Shown here: in pieces, positions 12,148 through 24,179 of the stretch
Position numbering within the stretch: the stretch's first letter is position 1
Layout: each line of letters begins with the position of its first letter
Assembly (NCBI GenBank): GCA_965235115.1
Contig: OZ249439.1
Location: forward strand, 33,666,001-33,730,000
Origin: Laetmonice hystrix
Lineage: Eukaryota
DNA: 64,000 nucleotides
Direction: 5' to 3'
The notes under the pieces: model-generated
What the model saw: the letters and a program-made list of their open reading frames with translations, nothing else
Told to the model about the DNA's origin: nothing
The model's database searches: none
Translations under genes and position numbers: made by a program

Positions 12148-14050
12148 GGGACTTTTACTTCTACACACAGACAAATATCTCCGCAACCCTTTAGGCCAAC
12201 CTTAAATGTTTGTTCTGAACAATTCGGCTGTTTTACTCAAAACTTTGCGACGTGGAATTTTGTTTGGCATATCTTACACTTTCAATTTTGTAGACCACCA
12301 TTCTTGGACATAAAGCAACCTACTTCACCAAAGGTTCCTGATAGTTGACTAGAAAACCTATCACATGAACCATCTGTGTAATGACTGGTTTCAAACTCAA
12401 AGGCACAGTCCTTCCTATGATCTTAAACTTTTTCATTCTCTCAATAGCCCTCTCGACATGGATCCTGACCCTAGGCCTAGCAATCCTTTTAGTAGGCAGT
12501 GCCACAAGGCATGCATAATGTGACGTCACAATTCTTGAACAGCACACGCCAGCAGCGCTCTGAGGGGGGGCCCCATTTACGTTACAGGAAGTCCAGAGCT
12601 TGTGCATTCTGGGGTTTTCTTTCATTCATAAATATGCAAATTACGACAACCAGAATCCATTTGACCTCCGGACGTCACTAATCAGGTCACGGCAACACAT
12701 CCGGTTTTGTTTTTGGGAATTCCCGCGCGTCGTGTCGTTGTTTTGGAGACAGTTGAAGTTGGCATGCACGTTTGAGCTGGGAATTCATCCGCATAAGGTT
12801 AGTATATTACATTCTGGTTTTGATATATTGTATCTATAAAGGTCAGGGATTACAACAGTGCAAGTTTTATTATGATCGGCCTTGTAGCAGCTGAGCTATG
12901 GCCTCTGACAAAAAAAAAGCAGACGGCTCATCGACATCGGGCGTCACGTTGTTTTGTTTACGTTATCCAGGCACTCCCGCTGCAAGTGCAAGCATGCAGC
13001 ATGGGACCGTTTCACTCGCCCAGCTATCTGGAAATTAGGTGTATTACACCCTAAATTATTATTTGCTTTAATATCAGTAGCGGATCCGGGGGGGGGGGGG
13101 GCAGGACCCCCAGGGTTTTCAATAAGAAAAAAAAGGTAGAAGGGGACGTTGACAAAGTAGGAGGCGGGTCTGTGCTATGGGTCTGTGGCAGTCGCCTGTG
13201 CTGTGGTGTCGACCTGGGGCTGGGTGTGTGTGGCAGACGAAGAACTGGTCAACCCCACTTTCACTGGGGGGGGGGGGGTGATGATTTTTGATTTTGAAAA
13301 ATTTGCCAGCAGTTTTTTGGAAGTAGGTGGGCTTTGACGTCCATTTTTCTCTTTTTCCGATACAGCTTTCTAAATTAACTGTGTTGGCCCCCCCTTTTGC
13401 CAGCTCCCCCATGGACCCCCCCCCCCCCCAAGTAAGGTCCCTCCATAACAGCACAGGTTCCCTCTAAACGTTTATGGCATGGGAAATCCCCATTTCAACT
13501 TTAAAATTCAAGACTTTGATTTGAACATCTGGTCGAAATTTTTGGCAAAGTTGAGCCAGACGATTGGTAGGCCTACAGGCTATCTAAAGCCTATTGTACA
13601 GTAAAGGAATTTAGGACAGGTGATATTGTTCGTGAAACAATCCCATGGATTTTGGTGCGCAGGGATATTTGAACTGATGGCCTGCCATCGTCATGAACTT
13701 CTCTAGATCTCGTTTGAATCTGTGTCCATCATCAATTATAATTAATATTTCATTAAAATAAATTAATTTAAAATTAGAAATTTATACATATTTGAGCTTA
13801 AATTAATATACATGTAATACATTGTTGTGAAAATAAATCGAGCACATGCACATTCCATTGAATTTTTAGTTCACCCAAAACCATCAATTTGTTAACAATG
13901 GTGGTACCTGTCGTGGTGTTATGTTACTGTACCTTATCATCATATGTGGTTATTATGAAATAGGGCAACCTCAATTTGCCAACGAACAGCTATGGGTTTT
14001 ACTCTGTCAGTATGACTTATACTCCTTGCACTGCCAGTTACAGGTTCATC

Positions 14051-17000
14051 ATGGATGACCACCTGTACCCCAGTGCAGAGGTCACAGTTCGAGGCCAACC
14101 CTTTGGTCAGCTGAAGCCAGAAGATGTCACTAATGCACTCATGTTTGACCTTTACACTGAGGTTCAAACAAATAAAACGCCATGGAAAGACATTAAGAGG
14201 GCCATGATCCATGTATACAAAGACATTTCCACCGACTTGCCCAACATCACAGAGACTGCGTTGCGTAATGCTTGTGAAGCCGTTAAAATCAAGCGCAAAA
14301 AAATCATGATGAGGAGGAACTACGAGAAAGACCTAAATATGTACCTGAATGAAGCATTTACTTTGCCAAGAATTGGGTCGAGACAAAAAAGTGTACAGAC
14401 ATGCCAGAACCCAGACATAGGCCTACCAGATCCTGAAGAACCTGTGCGTAAGAAGATGCACTTCGAGAACCAGGTTGGAAAACTTATAAACCAGTCTCTG
14501 CTTGCTGATGCATCTACTTTACAGGACACTGTTGATGAACTGAGGAGGGAGGTCAGACAGAAATCTACAAAGGTTAACGAGCTGGTAGAAAAGAATAAAA
14601 AACTGAAGCAACAATGTGAGAAGGCAAAAAAGAAGGTGGCTGCTATGAGCCTCAAAAGAATAAATGAGAAGATCAAAAGAAAAACTGAACAATCACTACA
14701 CTGGCGAGGACTCTATGAGGCACAGAAAAAACAAGATAAAACCATTGGTGACCTGCATCAACAATTGAAACAAGGTGAAAGTGGAAAAGTCAAACTGAAA
14801 TCCCTGTGTAGAGCACAGAAATCCAAGATCAGGCAGACAGAGAAAACAATGGAGAAAAAAATTGTGTTGTTACAGAAGGAAAAGGACAAGGCAGTGGATG
14901 CAAAGTCAAGTGAACTAGAACAATCATTAAAACAAGAGTCTCTCCAGCAGCAAGAAATCGCCACACTGAAGGACAGAATCTCTCAACTTGAATATGAGAA
15001 ACTAGAGCTTCAGGAGGAGGCAAAACAAGCCACCACAAACACTGTGCAAACGAAATGCAACAAGACATACAGTGACAAACTGCGGCAGTGTGTGTATTAC
15101 TGCTTAAGTAAGGAAGTGCCAGTGTCTAATGTTTCGTCAATTTTGAGGTTTGTCACAGAAACATTAACTGATCAGTCTCTGACATCTGTTCCAAGCACAT
15201 CTACTGTCTGCCGCATGGCCAGGGAGATGAATATCCTTACAGATCTGAAGACCTATGAGGAGATCAAATCTGCTGAGAATTTGACCCTTTGTTTTGATGG
15301 CACCACTAAGAAGGAACATAAATTCAATGAGGTACATGTGACAACTCCAGAATCCACCATCCTTATCGCAGTTGGAGACTTGCCTGGTGGGAAAGCGAAA
15401 GACTATCATGATCACATTGTCCAGGGCTTGGATGATGTTGCAGCGACTGCCAGTAAATTCCACAAGATATCTCACCAAGATGTGGCTGCGTCACTCGTGG
15501 CAAAAGTGTCAGGTGTAGTCACCGACCGCTGTGTTGTCAATGATGCAGCAGTGACACAGCTTGAGGAAACATGGGATCATGGAATTGTGAAGATGAAGTG
15601 TAATGTACATCCCTTGGACAGTGTGGCAAGGAAAGCCGATGCAGCACTTCGAGACTATGACAGTAAGAAGTCTTTCAAGGGAAAACTGTTTGGATCCAAC
15701 AGCGGTGCAGTCAATGTGGTAGCAGCAACATGCAAGATGCGCTTTAAAAATGGCAAGGGGGATCCAAAGGGGATGAAGGAATTTCTCAGGAGAAAGTCCA
15801 TACCTGTTGGTAAGCTTTAAGAGTAAGATCAATGGTCTTCTACCACATTATTAATGCTTTACATTAAAAATTATCAAGGATTTTTGACAAAGCATTATAT
15901 TTGACTTGAAAATATTTGGTTCACAGCATAAATGCATAAAAATTATTACAGCATAAATGCATAAAAATTACATATCACATTTACATCCATGTTTGCATTA
16001 CAGTTGTATCAGTTATCCAGTATCACAGCCATTTTATTAGCAATCTCTGTAGTATTTCAGTTTTTCTATCAATTATTTTTCACATCTTGACTCACACCTT
16101 TGTCTGTTTCAGGACTTTTCTCACGGTACGTGGGAAACCGCATACACGTCATGTTCCACCTGGCTGGCGTCATTTTCCACTATCACAAGGTACTGCTGGA
16201 GTTCTTGCGTCATGGCACCACCATACAGAATGGCTTACGTTGGTCTCTGATGGCGGACCTTTCCTCCCCACACATACTGGTGACACTAAGGGTCCTTGGT
16301 TTACTTGGAAAGCTTGTGAGTGGCCCATGGATGGAGGCCGTCTATGCCAACCCAGAGAAGCTGTCAAACCTGGAGATGTGTCCAATTCTGCATGCAATGG
16401 TTAGGAGGCTTGCAGCACTAACAGAGTCCCCGGTGGCGTTCCTGACCACGAATGTGGACGTCTTTGGGAAACCGCTCGTTCCAGAACCTGCTGACACTGA
16501 TGAGCCACTTAAAGACGAAATATTGGAAGATCTACTCAGGGTTCGTACCTGTCCTGGAATATTAGAAAAGTTCTTACTTTTTGACAAAGCAATTTCCAGA
16601 CCTGGAAAAATTGAGTTTTTTAATACCAGCCAGTTTTGTTCTGGAAAAGTTAGAATCTTGCTGAATCCTTCAAAGCTGTTATAGGCCTGATAGCAAACTG
16701 TAAAAGCAACTTTCAATAATATTCATGGTATAGAATACAGGTATATAGGATAGGGATATTTTTATTAACTATTGTAATCTGTCAGAATACCTGGGAAAAA
16801 CTATTAATTTCCCTGGAAAAGTCCTGAAATGTTGCGTAACCTTTTCAGTGTCATATAAACCTTGTCTACTGCAGGGTGGCATATCTGATGAGGTCTTGGA
16901 GCCACTTCAAGCCACTCTTAAAGAAGTTAATTTGGTTGTGCAGCGACAACTAGACCAGTACCTGCATGAGCCAACCCCTGAACTGTTGGAGAAGACCAAG

Positions 17001-17648
17001 TCAGCACCAGTGCATAACATGCAAGCCGAGCATGTTCTTGGCATGGTCGACTCCCAGGTCAACAGGGCACCAAATGCAGCTCCAGAGTTCATTGAAGCAA
17101 AGATCAAGTACAAGAAGAACAGGACTGCTGAATGGCTTCTGGCACAAGAAGACCAAGTCAACATTGTGAAGTTTGCTGTTCACAGAAGCAGGCAACATGC
17201 CACCAAGCAGAAGGAGCGACAGGCTGAGAATGTGACAGTCTTCAGGTCCAGGCAGGATGCCAGCCAAATCAAAAAGATCGAGACACACGTACGTGCTCTT
17301 CTCAAAACTGCAGGGCAGGAGGGGCAACCAGTGACCACTGGTGATGTAGCCAAAGAGCTGCCCTTGTGTATGGAGAATGACTCAGAGAACAGCACTGTAA
17401 TTGCCCAGATAGTAAACGCCCCACACACTCTTGTGAACAGACGCATTGACCATCTCTGGTCTCCTGATGATACGGCAGGGGCTAAGGTCTATCAAGGAAA
17501 GGTGTTGAAACTGAAAAAACGAAAGAAACCTGTGTTTGTGGTGAGTTACTGGCTTGAGGAAGAGGGTGAGGAGTCCAGCAGCGACTGGGACATGCCATTG
17601 GAGAGCATCCTGACAGATTACTATCTAGGTGACCTGCACTTTCAGTAA
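14051..17648 (+). CDS. hAT-like transposase: exon 14051-15809, intron, exon 16113-17648 interrupted by a MITE (about 986 aa when reconstructed)
   Basis: Coiled-coil N-terminal half, then LTLCFDGTTK, TDRCVVN, CNVHPL (CxxH), RYVGNR and HNMQAEH. Phase-1 GTAAG/TTTCAG intron joins in frame. Removing 16537-16870 gives EDLLQGGISDE in frame. Confidence 0.72.
16537..16864. mobile_element. 328-bp MITE with 6-bp TSD (TCTACT)
   Basis: Begins CAGGGTTCGTAC and ends ATAAACCTTG. TCTACT at 16531-16536 and 16865-16870. Internal CCTGGAAAA repeats. Confidence 0.75.
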
Positions 17649-18041
17649 CTAACAAATTCATCATGGCGTAACAAGTACTTGGAAATGGAAATATTGTCAA
17701 TTCATCATTAGCTCCATGTTTGTTTTGTGTTGAGGTGAAAGTTTCAAGCGTGATTGACGTTACCAATGTATAAAATAGATTTCAGTAGCCTTTAATAGTC
17801 TTTGGTAGTGTCGTGTGAAAACTGCCAGTGCATACCGGCCGTAAGACATTTTGTTGCCTGATGTTAACAGGTGACCTTAGGATTACAGGGTCATGGTCAA
17901 AGGGAATCTTGTTCCATGGACAGATATGACATTAATTGTGATGAACAAATTGAAGCAAAATATTGACTCCAGGCTTAAAAGCCTGGTTAAACCATGTCTT
18001 TATTAAGTATTATGTTTATTATTATCATGTTTATTATTATC

Positions 18042-18043
<2 letters not shown>

Positions 18044-18098
<55 letters not shown>
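18044..18098. repeat. (ATT)n microsatellite
   Basis: About 18 ATT units. Confidence 0.9.
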
Positions 18099-18100
<2 letters not shown>

Positions 18101-19950
18101 TTAGTAACTATAATGGTTTAACCATGGTGGGTCATGCTGTGTGGCCGCATCAAGAACGGCCACATGTTTAAATAATACTACACATGAATTACTATATGTA
18201 GGCCTATTTTAGCCTGATTAGGGCCAGTATATAATTAAATACACTGTATATAGTAAAATTTGTAAATAATGTTGTGGCAAGTTGATATCAAACATATCGA
18301 AAAAATACTTACAATGTATATGAAAAACAGGAAAATAGATGGCAAAAATTGTAAAAAAAATCAAGATCTGAAAATGTACTTCAAGGTGTGACCTTGAAGA
18401 TAATGTCAAGGTCAAACAATCTGACAGCAGCAACTTAAATGTGATTACACAAAATCATGTTAATATGCATTACTACACATTTGAGACTGTTATCTCGCTG
18501 CAGTATCTTGCAATAGACTTGATCTGACGATTTTTGCCACCGTGGGTAATAATTTGACCTTGAGATAATGAGGTCAAGGTTAAATCAAGGTCATCCTGTA
18601 CCTGATAAAAATGTTCATGAAGAAATACTTAGTAATATGGTGTATGGTTTTACATAGTTATCTGCAACATATAAATCAGCAGAATTTATGTTTATTGTTG
18701 TTGTTGATTATTTCCTTTGAAAATCGGCCGCAGTTAGCTATATGTTAATGTATAGGCTACCTTATACAAACAATGAGATGTTCATTAAAAATTAAAATGT
18801 CGATATCTCAGAGACAAATAGAGCTTTTTTAAAAATTCCAAAAGTTTTGAAACCCAAACGATGTATATATTCATTCTAATACTTAAAATAGTCACTTTGA
18901 AACAATTTATTTTTTTGTGGTAGTGCCTACTTTTAGTGAGTATTTCTTCCTGTGGTGTGAATTTCTTTCTCCTACAAAGAAATGGAGGTATGTTTAAACT
19001 CACCTGATGTTGTTGCAAAACATCCTCAATGTTAAATCCCCTATCAGCTATAACTAAATCTCCACGGTGTAGCTTCTCAACAAATCCTGATCTTATCGTG
19101 ATTTCTCTGTCAGAGATACAACCTTCATACACATCAGAAAGAAACACAACTGCACCTGTAGGAGCAATCCCAACAAGACATTTCAGAGTACAGTGATTCT
19201 TATAACTAGAATACATATTTCCTTGTTCCGCAAAGTCTCTGGACTGTTGAGCAAAAATTTCAAAACAGTCAATTATCACTCGAACATTTTTAAATGACTT
19301 AAAACATGGTGGAAGATGGTCTTTTATCAACTGTCAAGAAGCAAACATTCTCTCCCGGAGTTGAGCTGTGCTTGTGTATAGGAACTGGATCCATGTGTTA
19401 ACAATGACAGAAACTGTTGCCGTTGAAATACTGAATCTATATGCCAAGTCTTGATTGGGAAAGGCTTGACGCAGTTTCATCAGAGTGAGAAGCAACCGAT
19501 TCCTAGGTGACAGCTTCATACCTTTTTTTTTTTTATTTCGGACTTTTGTCTCACCTGCTTTAGAACCACGCCAATAATTAAGGCTTTCTACATCTTTCCC
19601 AAGACAGGCAAAGAGGTGCAGAAACTGCAAAACTGTCAGGCCTGTGTAAAACTGAAACAACGTTTTGTTTTTTGAGACACATTCAAATGAAAATTTGTCA
19701 CAAACATCAGTTTTGGCTTTTCCTTTGTCTGTAGAATTACGTTTTGCAATGATTGCCTCTATTTTAGATGACAAGACCTGCTCACAAACATAGGCAGTTT
19801 GTGATGCTGAAGATGTGACATTTGGAGATCTTCTACTCTGTGTGGCACTAATTTCAGTTCCTGTCTCGTGAACAGTTTCCTGAAAAACATAAAATATTTA
19901 TATAGAATATACTTCTGGAGTTGCTAAAATAAGTAATAGTTGCATAAAGT

Positions 19951-21328
19951 AACTAGATACGTTGTGGAGTACCACAATGGATCCCATCCCCGGGCTGTCC
20001 CATGTAACATGTTCTGAATAGGGATAACTATTGTACTATCTTGCACCCGTGACGACTTATGAGCCTTAGAAGATGGAAGTTACGTCATTATGACCTTATG
20101 CTACGTCATAAATATTGATCTCAATGGACTTCCTATTCATGTTCAAAAATAACTATAGGTGTATCTAGCACCGTTTACTAGTTACAGGCTTCTACCAATC
20201 CTTAGAAGGGCTCAGTTACGTCATAAGGATGTAATAGATCACACAACAGAATAAATCTTGGTGTCAATTGAAAGAACATAATGAGGACTTCCTGTTTATA
20301 TTCAATACTAACTATGGGTCTAACTCCTACCATTTACAAGTTAAAACCCTGAGAAAATATCGATGACATCGTTATGTCATGGGTCACGTGACCTAAGAAA
20401 TAATGATGCCAAACGAAAGAGTATACATGACTTCCTATTCGTGTTCAATAGTAACTATGGGTCTAACTTCAAGCATTAACAAGTTATATCCCTTAGAAAA
20501 TATTGATGACATCTTTACGACGTCACAGGTCACGTGACGATACCAAGTGATAGCAAGTTATAGCCCTCACAAAATATAGGTTCACTGGCTGTGGTAATCA
20601 GTACCAGTTCAATCCAGTATTAGCTTGTCAGATGGCGTAGCACTGGCGATAAGTGTCTTGACTCACATGCTATGGGTCGCCGGTTCAATCCCAGGCCGAG
20701 TCACCTATTTTTTTTTTACTTCTACCGGAAGGGTCCCGCGTTCAATCCCAGGCCGAGTCACGTTTCTTTTTCTTTTTGTTTTTTCCCTCTAATTTTTAAA
20801 AATGGTCACGTGACCTGAAAAAAAAAATATCATAAAAGAGCATAATGACTTCTTATCTGTGTTTAATAGTAACCAATGCCAAATCTGGCACCGTTTACAA
20901 GTTCTAGAAAATTGACAATTTTTCGAAATTTCAAAGTCACGTGATTCAGCGAATATTAGTCAAATCGCTTATCTTTTGATGATTTGAGACAAGCTCATGT
21001 TAGAGAGTCCTTCTGCCTAATATTGTCGAATTTCACCGAAAAATGAAGAAGGAGTAGCGATTTAAGAGATTTGTGACTGAGGACCCAGTTCTCCCAAAGT
21101 TCAAGGTCAAATGACAAATGAAGGGTCCATGTTAGACTAGACCCTTGCCTGATTAAAACGCTATGATGGGGTTTGGAAATTCCCAATATGAACGTCATGA
21201 CGTGACGTCATACGTCACGTCACGTGATATGTCACAACTCATTGTCTGACCAGTCCTTGTCATGGTCAAGATGTGTGCCAAATTTGATTGAGATATCTTG
21301 AAAACTGACTGAGATAGACGCCACTGTT

Positions 21329-21361
<33 letters not shown>

Positions 21362-21437
21362 GACGCAAAGAATAATAATAGGGAAGACGAAACCGTACAA
21401 TCTGAAGATCCCATCCCCCTGTAGGGGATGGGATAAT
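19951..21437 (+). mobile_element. Helentron-associated non-autonomous element (HINE-like) in an ISL2EU intron
   Basis: Starts AACTAGA. GATCCCATCCCC near 19980 recurs in the 3' hairpin ATCCCATCCCC-CTGTA-GGGGATGGGAT (21408-21434). (ACT)n at 21329-21361 precedes the hairpin. Degenerate internal repeats (GTCACGTGAC, TGACTTCCT..TTCAATA.TAACTATGG). Confidence 0.65.
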
Positions 21438-24179
21438 TAGTGTGTAGAAGCATTTATATATTTCTGTAATTTATGTATTTCTGTAAAGATAACTTCGTAA
21501 AACTGTGTGTTTGCAATATCCCAAATGGATGTTTCTTCTATGTTTGCTGATTGCTGGCACTGTGGAAGCAGTGTTTTTCCAACTCTGAGACGTTGTGTAG
21601 GCGAACAGGGAAAGTGATGACATCACAATTGATAAAGTAATATTAAAAATAACCTGATACAAGTCTAACACAGTAGAGTGCAAGCTAAATAAAGGCCCAG
21701 GCGTAACCAGTAACATTTAGGGAGGATACTGTAGAAATAAAAATGAATCAATATTTACAATACTGTAATATTTACAAATTATATTCTAATTATTGATGTA
21801 CAATTACAGCATTTAACAATGATATGGCCAAATGATATTTACAAGACTCACTGATTCAACTGAAGTACTGGGTACAGGACTTGCTGGAGGAGCTAATTCT
21901 TGAACCACAACTGGAAGAGATCTGACTGGTTGATCATCTTGTAAGAGGACCATAGCCTCTGCAGCATCATGCTTTATTTTCTTAGAGACAGGGTTTACCC
22001 GAGGTATAGGTGGTTTCCTTTTTTTGGATAGTTTCTGAACCTGAAAAGAAATTGAAAGGAATTACAATAGGCTATTATTTAAAAAAAAATTAGTATACAT
22101 GTATAAAATAGTTCGAATTCTTAATATTTACCTTGCGGAGCACTTGTATTTTTTGTAATAGCTTTTAGTTTCATTGATACACTACTCGAAGCAGTACATC
22201 CACTACCAAAATTATTCCTTTAATTTAAAGTTTAAAACATAATTTTTAAATGGAAATTGATTACCGAATTTAGTGTCATTATTTGTTGAGTCTCCCCCTG
22301 TGCTATGGTACACAAATGATCAAAGAAGGTCCTTAACCAAAGGAAAATGCAGGAAATTCAGTGTCACAGCATTGATCCCTCCAGCTTTTGGGGGCCTAGG
22401 CAGCCCCCAAACCATCGGCCATTTAAAGTACCGTAGGTGCGCGTACATTATCATTGTACCCTTGGCAGCGCACCAAAGGTAAGTAAATAACTTTAGGTCT
22501 TTCCTCGAGAGCCATGTTCATAATTGGGTAATCTAGCAGTGTTTACTCAAAAATGGGTAAGCTATCTTAAGAAACTCGCCCGTACAGAGGCATAGGAAGG
22601 GGTACCAAATGATACTCTACGCCCCCATTCCTCATGACCTGCCAAAATGAAAAAAACACCAAGCAAAATCTACTGCCCTCTCATCTTTCCAAATGAAGGG
22701 TCCATTGCTGCCGCCCCCTTCCCCATGTCCCCTGATAATTAATTAATTATGGAAGGTATGGAGATACATGTATTGGTCCCTATCACATTCATTATTTGCC
22801 AATGGCCTTGATATGACGGGTTAAAACACAGCTTACTCTGCCCCCTTCGATTTCTTTCTAGACAGCCTGAGCCCCACCAGTCCTCTTAGATGGGCCAAAA
22901 GCTTGCTCCTTATTTCTATGGGAAAGTGGCAGGCTATTTATTAAATTAAGGTATTTATGGTAGAAAATCCCATAGAAATAGGGGTAGAGGATTTTTTTTT
23001 TTTAAATCCAGTTCCAGAAAAGAAGGGTGTTTTTTTTAAGAATCCTTAGAAATAGGAAGAAAGGGGTGCTTTTTTAAAGATTCGGTCTAAAATTTCATTC
23101 AGGTCCCTTGCATAGAGGGGGGTCTTATGAAATTAAGGAACTGGCATAGGCTTGGGTGACGACTGCTATGAAAATGTGGGGGGACATGGAACATTAGAAA
23201 ATCAAATGGCTGGGCTGTATCCCTAAGTGGTGTGTGTGACAGTTGTGTGTGTGTGTGTGTGTGGGGGGGGGGGTTACAAAAGCCTGTGACCGCCGTGCAC
23301 TGAAGGCACGAAGCATAGCTAGGGGGTCTGTGGTATGCCCCCAGAAAATTTCAAAACTAAAGTTAAGGTGTAATTTTGTGGTATCTGGTACATTTTGCAG
23401 GACAAAGTAAGGTCTGAAATGACATTTTTTTTTGTTTATTTTATTTATTTTTAAGGATAGATCCAAGGGGGGAGGGGGGGGGGGGGTTACAGACACCATG
23501 TATCCCCCAGGATAGCACTGAACTGTGGGTAGTCTAGAGTCTTGTTGCAAGGTTTGGCTTGCCACTCTAAAAAGTGTGGGGGGGGGGCAATCGATGTTGC
23601 CCCTGCCGTATAAAACGTGGCGGGAGCATGTCTCCCCCCCCTTCCCCATACTGGCCAGTTTCTTTTATGGAGGCCAGCTATTAATACAGGGCCCCCGGAC
23701 CATTGCCCGAACTATCAACAACACTCAACAGCAATCCCCTCGTTCCCCCACATTTCGACCTCTGCCCTGGGCGCCCTGGGCCTGGGTCTAGGTACCCAGC
23801 CCCTCCTGGGAGGAGGGGCAGGGTTGGGGGCTCTGCAACAGCCTCCTTTTCCTGCACAACTGATATTATGATTTAATCAATGATACACAAATTAAAACGC
23901 TTTTTTACTCTAAATTGGCAAGTAGATGGAAAAGAATGTAGGATTTACCTGCTCTGGGGTGTACTGCAAAGGAACCGGGTCCGGGTTTTCATCGGTGGGT
24001 CCCTTTTCACCAACAAAATGTTTGTTGCATAAATAAGTCCACTTGTTCACTTTTGCAACAGTGAAATCTGCACGGCCACAGGCATGTATCCATTTCTTAC
24101 ATTTTCCCAGGTTACTGTGAGGCTTGGGAAATGGAATCCAAGTCACTCCTTGCATATAGTCCCTATCGGAATACCTACT

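Larger units (their letters stand above)
12493..18929 (+). mobile_element. hAT-like DNA transposon with 7-bp TSD (hATw-like), inserted in the ISL2EU DDE exon
   Basis: TIR TAGGCAGTGCCACAA / TAGGCACTACCACAA (15 bp, 2 mismatches). CTTTTAG is duplicated at 12486-12492 and 18930-18936. Removal restores L-T-K-R-I-A. The hATw label rests on my recollection that this subgroup makes 7-bp TSDs. Confidence 0.8.

Noticed and set aside
6656-13454. Short ORFs with poly-Pro or poly-Gly (e.g. 6656-6880, 7002-7265, 13119-13454) and many antisense ORFs over the long CDSs
   Set aside because: They are translations of G/C homopolymer tracts in MITEs or shadow frames of real genes, with no domain signal.
16537-16874. 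Ordinary ancestral intron in the hAT transposase
   Set aside because: The 6-bp direct duplication and TIR-like ends show it is an insertion; splicing remains only a hypothesis.
20633-20765. Second tRNA-derived SINE head
   Set aside because: A box-B-like GGTTCAATCCC is present and partly duplicated, but box A is poor and no body or tail is recognisable; too weak to call.
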